DNA of 64,000 bases, taken from assembly GCA_905203555.1 (NCBI GenBank), contig CAJKWK010000003.1, positions 32,032 to 96,031 of the forward strand, read 5' to 3'. Below, in pieces: positions 58,200-64,000 of this stretch. The stretch's first letter is position 1, and every line of letters begins with the position of its first letter. The notes under the pieces are model-generated. The model saw nothing but the letters and a program-made list of their open reading frames with translations, made no database searches and was not told the origin of the DNA. A program made the translations under genes and the position numbers. The stretch comes from an uncultured Lachnospiraceae bacterium. Its GTDB lineage: Bacteria; Bacillota; Clostridia; Lachnospirales; Lachnospiraceae.

Positions 58200-59265
58200 T
58201 CTCTTTTACGACCTCCGCGTCTTTGGAATGAGGTTTATGCATAATCTGAATATTATCCGGTAAAATCGTCAATCCAACCATACTTCCGATCTGCGCCGGA
58301 TTTACACTCTGTACACTCCACTCATACTGATCTACACGAACTTTAATCTCATAATAAGCACCCTTAAAAATGATGGAAACAACCATACCTTTCAGATACC
58401 CTGCCTCTTCTTCTACGATCAGCAGATCCTCCGGACGAATCACTACGTCTACCAGTTCATTTTTCGCAAATCCCGTATCAACACATGGAATCATTACATT
58501 TTGAATCTGTACCAGACGGTCTTCTTTCATAATTCCATCGATAATATTACTGTCTCCGATAAAATCTGCAACAAATGCATTCTGAGGTTCATCATAAATG
58601 CTCTTAGAGGTACCCATCTGCTGAATGATTCCCTGATTCATTACAATGATTCTATCTGACATCGTCAAAGCCTCTTCCTGATCATGTGTAACATAGACGA
58701 ATGTAATTCCTACTTCTTGTTTGATTTTGATCAATTCCCGCTGCATCTCATGACGAAGTTTCAAGTCCAGCGCACCAAGAGGCTCATCCAACAACAGAAT
58801 TTTAGGTTCGTTAACAATTGCTCGTGCAATCGCCACACGCTGTTGCTGACCTCCGCTCAAAACGGTAGGTGACTGATTGCCGTATCCCTCCATATTCACC
58901 AATTTCAGTGCATATGCAATCTTATCCTTGATATACTGCTGACTTTTCTTTTTTAATTTCAGACCGAATGCAATATTTTCTGCAACTGTCATATGAGGAA
59001 ACAAGGAATACTTCTGAAAAACAGTATTCACATTCCTTTTATCCGGAGTCAGATTGGTAATATCTTTTCCTTCAAATAACACTCTGCCTTCATCAGGTTT
59101 AACAAAACCTCCGATAATCCGAAGTGTAGTCGATTTTCCGCAGCCTGACGGCCCTAAAAGCGTAATGAACTCATTCCGCTGAATTTCCAGATTTAAATTA
59201 TCAATTACCTGTTCTCCATCAAAAGACTTACTGATGGAATCCAATTCCAAAATCACATCTGCCAT
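58192..59265 (-). CDS. potA: spermidine/putrescine ABC transporter ATP-binding protein
   Basis: From the ATG at 59265 (SD AAGGAGGAAG): MADVILELDSISKSF...GPSGCGKST...LSGGQQQRVAIARA...LLLDEP, with a TOBE-like C-terminus. Confidence 0.9.
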   Translation of the reverse strand: MADVILELDSISKSFDGEQVIDNLNLEIQRNEFITLLGPSGCGKSTTLRIIGGFVKPDEGRVLFEGKDITNLTPDKRNVNTVFQKYSLFPHMTVAENIAFGLKLKKKSQQYIKDKIAYALKLVNMEGYGNQSPTVLSGGQQQRVAIARAIVNEPKILLLDEPLGALDLKLRHEMQRELIKIKQEVGITFVYVTHDQEEALTMSDRIIVMNQGIIQQMGTSKSIYDEPQNAFVADFIGDSNIIDGIMKEDRLVQIQNVMIPCVDTGFAKNELVDVVIRPEDLLIVEEEAGYLKGMVVSIIFKGAYYEIKVRVDQYEWSVQSVNPAQIGSMVGLTILPDNIQIMHKPHSKDAEVVKENE

Positions 59266-59276
59266 GTTCTTCCTCC

Positions 59277-59825
59277 TTAAAAGCTTGGTGGGGTGCTGAT
59301 CCATAAAATCGTAGACACCCTTTTACAAGCTGAACTTATCTTATGTTTTCGATCTGCCGGAAAGATAAAGGAATCGCCTTTCTTTACCTTATACGTCTCT
59401 TCTCCATATTGTAAAATAATCTCGCCTTCCAGTACATAACCGTATTCTTCACCTTCATGAGGTTTATCTTCAGGCATCGACTTTCCCGGCTGAAGCCGCA
59501 CTAGAATCGGTTCAAGACTTCTGCTTTGTGCACTTGCGATCAGCCATGTAATGCTGTTTTTATCCTCATCTTCTTTTTCAAAATAATCTTCTTTCCGGTA
59601 AACCACCTGTAAGTCGTCTTTCTCATGAAAAAACTCTGACAGATTCGTTCCCAGACACTCCACTATATCAAGCAGCGTGGATACCGATGGCGCTGTCAGT
59701 CCTCGCTCTAACTGAGAGATAAATCCCTTCGTCAATTCGGTTCTGTCCGCAAGTTCTTCCTGGGTAAGCCCATTCTGGTTCCGCAAGTCTCGAATCTTTG
59801 CTCCTATCTGCTCTTCAATAGTCAT
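59277..59825 (-). CDS. XRE-family HTH + cupin transcriptional regulator (PuuR-like) heading the pot operon
   Basis: IRDLRNQNGLTQEELADRTELTKGFISQLERG plus cupin GYVLEGEIILQYGEETYKVKKGDSFIFPADRKHK. Confidence 0.82.
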   Translation of the reverse strand: MTIEEQIGAKIRDLRNQNGLTQEELADRTELTKGFISQLERGLTAPSVSTLLDIVECLGTNLSEFFHEKDDLQVVYRKEDYFEKEDEDKNSITWLIASAQSRSLEPILVRLQPGKSMPEDKPHEGEEYGYVLEGEIILQYGEETYKVKKGDSFIFPADRKHKISSACKRVSTILWISTPPSF

Positions 59826-59948
59826 TTTATCATCCTCTTATTCTACATACATTTACAATCACTAAATTTTTTGTTTACCAAAATTTATTATACATACACT
59901 AAACTAAAAGTCAACTATTATTTCGCTTTTCATACAAAGAAAACACAG

Positions 59949-59980
59949 AAAAACAGTCCGGATGCAAAACATCCGGACTG
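59949..59980 (-). terminator. intrinsic terminator after the nucleoside-kinase-like gene
   Basis: Minus strand reads CAGTCCGGATGttttgCATCCGGACTG followed by TTTTTCTG. Confidence 0.75.
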
Positions 59981-59997
59981 TCAGTCATTCTTTCTTC

Positions 59998-61668
59998 TTA
60001 TACCTGGAAACAACCGCCTCCGATAAACTCTCTCAACAAAGAATTCGTCGGAATAAATTCGCTTCCTATGCCCACAAAATAATCAAAAAACTTCAATAGT
60101 CTTTTTGCCTCTGTATATTCCGGCGCCTGTTTATCCACCCCAAAAAGCAAAGGCTCAACATACTGTTTTAAAACCGCCAGTTCATACAACAGCGATGAAT
60201 TAAACATCACGTCAGCTTCCTCTTGGAATGGGAAAATATTTTTCTCTTCCCCATCTCTCACCGACTTCCACATTGCAATTGTCTGTGTTGCGGACGTTCC
60301 GCGTGTGCGCGCATCTCTTACAATACGCCGGATCAAGCGTCCGTCCGTTGAAGGAATCCGATTATGTTCATCAATATTCAACTGTGTCAATGCACTAATA
60401 TATATTTTAAATTTGTTAGAATCATCCAACATCTCTGTCAATTTCGGGTTCAGACAATGAATTCCTTCAACCACTAAAATATCCTGACTTCCCAGTCTTT
60501 TAGGTTTTGTAGATTCCATTCTTTTCCCTGTCTTAAAATTAAAGATCGGCAAATATACCTCTTCTCCATTTAACAATGCTTTCATATCCTGATTAAACCG
60601 TACGGTATCAATCGCTTCCAAACATTCAAAATTATAATTTCCATTTTCATCTTTCGGAGTCTTTTCCCTGTCTACAAAATAATTGTCAACAGCGATCGGA
60701 TGCGGTTTTAATCCATTCACCCGTAACTGGATCGAAAGCCGATGGGAAAAGGTTGTTTTACCTGAAGAAGACGGACCTGCAATCAAGACCATTTTCACAT
60801 CCGGACGCTCTGCAATCTGTTTCGCAATTTCTCCGATCTGCCGTTCCTGAAATGCTTCCTGTACCAGAACAGCCTCCTGCATATTATCTTTTGTGATCCG
60901 GTCATTCAAAGCCCCTACCGTTTCTATATCTTGGATATCTCCCCATACAACAGACTCTTTTAATACTTGAAATAATTTTTCTCTTGGATGAAATTCCGGT
61001 ACTGTTTCAGGTTCTTCCATGGTAGGCATTTGCAGCACAAAACCTTCATCGTACAAATGAAGGGAAAAGTATTTTAAATATCCGGTATCAGGAACCATAT
61101 ACCCATAATAATAGTCCTCAAATTCATTGATCGTATAAATATTTACATTAGAAACGCGTCGATATCCGAACAATCGTTCTTTATCATACATGCCATGCTT
61201 GCGAAATAGATCAACCGCTTCACTGGTCCGTACGGATCGTTTCATAATCGGAATCTTTGCCTCACATAATTCCCGCATACGCATTGCGACCTTCTCCAAA
61301 AACGCTTCATTTAAAGTAACATTTCCTTCTACCGTGCAATAATATCCCTTACTTACCGAAAAATGAATTCTGACACGTTTCACTTGATCATGTCCGCCCA
61401 CATCATGAACTGCTTTCACCAACAAGAAACTCATGCTCCGGCGATATGTCTCATGTCCTGCCTGATCTGCAGTTGTTACAAACTCCAAACTGCAGTCTCT
61501 GTCTAAAAATCGGTTTAACTCTTGCAGACGATTCCCATCCAGATTCACAAGTACAATTTCATGTTTATATTCTCCCTGGAAATCCTCTGCAATTTTCAGA
61601 AATGAGGTGCCCGATTCATACTGCCTGCTTTGATTCCCAATTTGTACAATACACATTTTTTTCTCCAT
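59998..61668 (-). CDS. uridine/nucleoside-kinase-family P-loop protein with an N-terminal TGS-like region
   Basis: From the ATG at 61668 (SD GGAGG). Walker A IAGPSSSGKTTFSHRL in the middle of the protein, and uridine-kinase-like ILVVEGIH. The specific substrate is unknown. Confidence 0.6.
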   Translation of the reverse strand: MEKKMCIVQIGNQSRQYESGTSFLKIAEDFQGEYKHEIVLVNLDGNRLQELNRFLDRDCSLEFVTTADQAGHETYRRSMSFLLVKAVHDVGGHDQVKRVRIHFSVSKGYYCTVEGNVTLNEAFLEKVAMRMRELCEAKIPIMKRSVRTSEAVDLFRKHGMYDKERLFGYRRVSNVNIYTINEFEDYYYGYMVPDTGYLKYFSLHLYDEGFVLQMPTMEEPETVPEFHPREKLFQVLKESVVWGDIQDIETVGALNDRITKDNMQEAVLVQEAFQERQIGEIAKQIAERPDVKMVLIAGPSSSGKTTFSHRLSIQLRVNGLKPHPIAVDNYFVDREKTPKDENGNYNFECLEAIDTVRFNQDMKALLNGEEVYLPIFNFKTGKRMESTKPKRLGSQDILVVEGIHCLNPKLTEMLDDSNKFKIYISALTQLNIDEHNRIPSTDGRLIRRIVRDARTRGTSATQTIAMWKSVRDGEEKNIFPFQEEADVMFNSSLLYELAVLKQYVEPLLFGVDKQAPEYTEAKRLLKFFDYFVGIGSEFIPTNSLLREFIGGGCFQV

Positions 61669-61716
61669 GACCAATCCTCCTTGCATCCATCTTCTTATTT
61701 TCTTATATTGTGACGT

Positions 61717-62499
61717 TTAGATCACTTGAAACGGAAATTTAACTTCTGCAGTTTCTATGCAAAGATCCGGACAATACTTCTGCAAAAAAAGTTTCATATC
61801 TTCAATAAACATATATTCCGTCCCATAATGTCCGGCATCAATCACACAAAGTCCTTGCTCCATTGCATCCAGACCGTCATGATGACCGATATCTCCTGTT
61901 ATGAGTACATCTGCCTTCTTTTCCAAAGCCGGTTTCACTGCACTCTTTCCGGATCCGGGTGAAATTGCGAGTCTTTGAACTCTGCTGTTTAAATCTCCAA
62001 ACACCTTCACATGTTGCAGACCCAGACTGTCTTTCACCACAGCACAACATTCCTGTAAAGTCATGCTTTCTTTCCTGTCCCCAATCCGTCCGATTCCTTC
62101 TGCATTTCCATTTATTTCTGCGGTTTCATCCAATACTTCCGCATCTATAAGCTCAAACTTTTTTTCTGCAAGCGCCGCCATTCCGAGCACATCATAATTT
62201 GTATGCATGGCATAATACGAAACATCATTCTGGATCAATTTTAAAATCCTTCTGCTCACAAAATCTTGATCTGTCACCGCCTTTAATGGCGTAAAAATCA
62301 AAGGATGATGTGTGATTAATAAATCGGCTTTTTTTTCAATTGCATCACAGATCACTTCCTCTGTCGCATCAAGCGCCAGATAAATACGATTTACTTCTTT
62401 CTCACTTCTGCCCGCCTGCAGCCCCACATTATCAAGACTTAAAGCGGCGCTTTTCGGGTATACAGTTTCGATTAATTCTGTCACTTCTTTACACTGCAT
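61717..62499 (-). CDS. Nif3-like dinuclear metal center protein (YqfO family)
   Basis: LDNVGLQ...LLITHHPLIF...AMHTNYD...ITGDIGHHD. Follows trmK as in the Bacillus sigA-yqfN-yqfO arrangement. Confidence 0.86.
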   Translation of the reverse strand: MQCKEVTELIETVYPKSAALSLDNVGLQAGRSEKEVNRIYLALDATEEVICDAIEKKADLLITHHPLIFTPLKAVTDQDFVSRRILKLIQNDVSYYAMHTNYDVLGMAALAEKKFELIDAEVLDETAEINGNAEGIGRIGDRKESMTLQECCAVVKDSLGLQHVKVFGDLNSRVQRLAISPGSGKSAVKPALEKKADVLITGDIGHHDGLDAMEQGLCVIDAGHYGTEYMFIEDMKLFLQKYCPDLCIETAEVKFPFQVI

Positions 62500-63205
62500 A
62501 ATACTCCAGCCCTTTCTCTATATGATATAAATCCTCTTTCAGTTCACTTTTGCGCTTTTCTATCTTTTCTCCGCTCTTCTCTTCAAGTCTCTTCAGGATC
62601 TGTTTATGTAATGTATATTCTCTCTTCAGAAAAGTATGTAAAACCGGGTTTTTCTCTTCCAAAAGCAATTTTCCAAAACGTAGTTCTGTTTCCGTCCACC
62701 CGTCAAATTTCGGCTCTGCTTCAGATGTTTTTGACGGAACCACCTTCATCATCGGATAATATTTTCCCTCGTCCAATACCATATCTTCTTCCACAAACTG
62801 AAATCCCTGTTGCAAGAGAAATGCACGAACTTTCGCAATTTCCGACTGAGGCTGCAGCACACACTCCTTCAGTCGAGAGGTAACCTCCGGATATGCAGAC
62901 AGAATTTTTATCACCAATCCGCCTCCCATTCCTGCAATGACAGCGCAATCCACCTCACCCGGAACTAATTTTTCAAACCCATCCGAAAGACGAGTCTCTA
63001 TCAGATCTTGAAGTCCAGCCTCTTCTATATGTACTTCCGCCCGTTCCAGCGGTCCTTTGTTTACATCCATGGCAATCGCAGAGATACTTCTTTTTTTCTC
63101 CATAAGATAAATCGGGATATAAGCATGATCTGTGCCTATATCCGCGATTCTGTTTCCCGGCGTTACCAGGGATGCAACTGCAAACAATCGTTTGGACAAT
63201 TCCAT
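62489..63205 (-). CDS. trmK: tRNA (adenine22-N1)-methyltransferase
   Basis: MELSKRLFAVASLVTPGNRIADIGTDHAYIPIYL...IAGMGGGLI-type SAM motifs. Lies immediately downstream of sigA. Confidence 0.86.
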   Translation of the reverse strand: MELSKRLFAVASLVTPGNRIADIGTDHAYIPIYLMEKKRSISAIAMDVNKGPLERAEVHIEEAGLQDLIETRLSDGFEKLVPGEVDCAVIAGMGGGLVIKILSAYPEVTSRLKECVLQPQSEIAKVRAFLLQQGFQFVEEDMVLDEGKYYPMMKVVPSKTSEAEPKFDGWTETELRFGKLLLEEKNPVLHTFLKREYTLHKQILKRLEEKSGEKIEKRKSELKEDLYHIEKGLEYYAV

Positions 63206-63235
63206 CCTGTTATCCCCCTGCTTATTCTTTTTTCA

Positions 63236-64000
63236 TCAATCCAAATAATCTCTTAATTTTCTGCTTCTGCTCGGATGTCTGAGCTTACGCAGTGCTTTCG
63301 CCTCGATCTGACGAATACGTTCTCGTGTTACGTCGAACTCTTTTCCAACTTCCTCAAGCGTCCTTGCACGTCCGTCATTCATACCAAAACGCAGTCTCAG
63401 TACCTTCTGTTCACGTTCTGTTAACGTATCCAAAACTTCATCCAACTGTTCCTTGAGCAAGGTCTGTGCTGCTGCCTCTGCCGGAACCGGAACATTGTCA
63501 TCCTGAATAAAATCACCCAAATGACTGTCCTCTTCTTCTCCAATCGGAGTTTCCAAAGATACCGGTTCCTGGGAAATCTTCAAGATCTCACGCACTCGTT
63601 CAACCGGCATGTCCAACTCTTTCGCAATCTCTTCCGGCGTGGGTTCACGTCCTAATTCCTGCAGCAACTGTCTGGACACACGAATCAGTTTATTAATTGT
63701 CTCAACCATGTGCACCGGAATACGAATGGTTCTTGCCTGATCTGCAATTGCTCTTGTAATCGCCTGACGAATCCACCAGGTAGCATAAGTACTGAATTTA
63801 TATCCTTTGTGATAATCAAACTTTTCCACTGCTTTGATCAATCCCAGATTACCTTCCTGAATCAAATCCAAGAATAACATTCCACGTCCTACATAACGCT
63901 TAGCAATACTGACAACCAGTCGAAGATTTGCTTCTGCCAGTTCTTTCTTGGCATCTTCATCTCCCTCTTCCATACGCTGCGCCAACTCAATTTCACGCTC
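63236..64000 (-). CDS. rpoD: RNA polymerase primary sigma factor (N-terminal part lies outside the window)
   Basis: Regions 2-4: [54 protein letters not shown] ... [33 protein letters not shown]. The frame stays open to the right edge. Confidence 0.94.
   Translation of the reverse strand, partial: EREIELAQRMEEGDEDAKKELAEANLRLVVSIAKRYVGRGMLFLDLIQEGNLGLIKAVEKFDYHKGYKFSTYATWWIRQAITRAIADQARTIRIPVHMVETINKLIRVSRQLLQELGREPTPEEIAKELDMPVERVREILKISQEPVSLETPIGEEEDSHLGDFIQDDNVPVPAEAAAQTLLKEQLDEVLDTLTEREQKVLRLRFGMNDGRARTLEEVGKEFDVTRERIRQIEAKALRKLRHPSRSRKLRDYLD

Noticed and set aside
1-64000. CRISPR arrays, IS elements or transposases, integrases, and tRNA or rRNA genes.
   Set aside because: None were seen. 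All intergenic regions are 290 bp or shorter and are accounted for by promoters, terminators and one riboswitch. No direct-repeat arrays or terminal inverted repeats were noticed by eye.

Overview
This is a chromosomal segment from a low-GC Gram-positive anaerobe. Gene content, strong GGAGG ribosome-binding sites and codon style look Clostridia/Lachnospiraceae-like. I support 55 protein-coding genes, 51 of them on the minus strand, which suggests the minus strand is the leading strand. I found no rRNA, tRNA, CRISPR array, IS element or prophage.

Most of the window is core metabolism and housekeeping:
- carB (partial), two chromate-transporter halves with a LysR regulator, and rlmH
- nfnAB-like oxidoreductase, an Fe-type alcohol dehydrogenase, and rex
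- fhs-folD, ftsK/spoIIIE, metY, yebC, mazF-alr-nnr, and an ABC-F ATPase
- a leuB-ilvD-ilvB-serC-serA string
- yajC, tgt, an L,D-transpeptidase, aroC, potABCD with an XRE-cupin regulator, a nucleoside-kinase-like gene, and nif3-trmK-sigA (sigA partial)

The accessory-looking part is roughly 28.2-44.0 kb and holds two units:
1. A GntR-controlled operon of a Re-citrate-synthase-like gene and isocitrate dehydrogenase, fronted by a 28-bp perfect palindrome.
2. A complete non-pyrrolysine MttB-family corrinoid methyltransferase system. It comprises the MT1 enzyme, a corrinoid protein, a RamA/RACE-type reductive activator and a URO-D/MtaA-type MT2. These are embedded with an M24 hydrolase, an MFS transporter, a ThrE-type two-gene module and a fused L-serine dehydratase. 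Control elements include two regulators (XRE-cupin and PocR-AraC), an intra-operon cobalamin riboswitch and a shared 16-bp motif.

This methyltransferase locus, whose substrate cannot be assigned, is my best candidate for an undescribed system. A secondary oddity is an intact MazF/EndoA toxin gene with no room for an adjacent antitoxin.

All product calls come from motif and family recognition by eye. No database search or computation was run.
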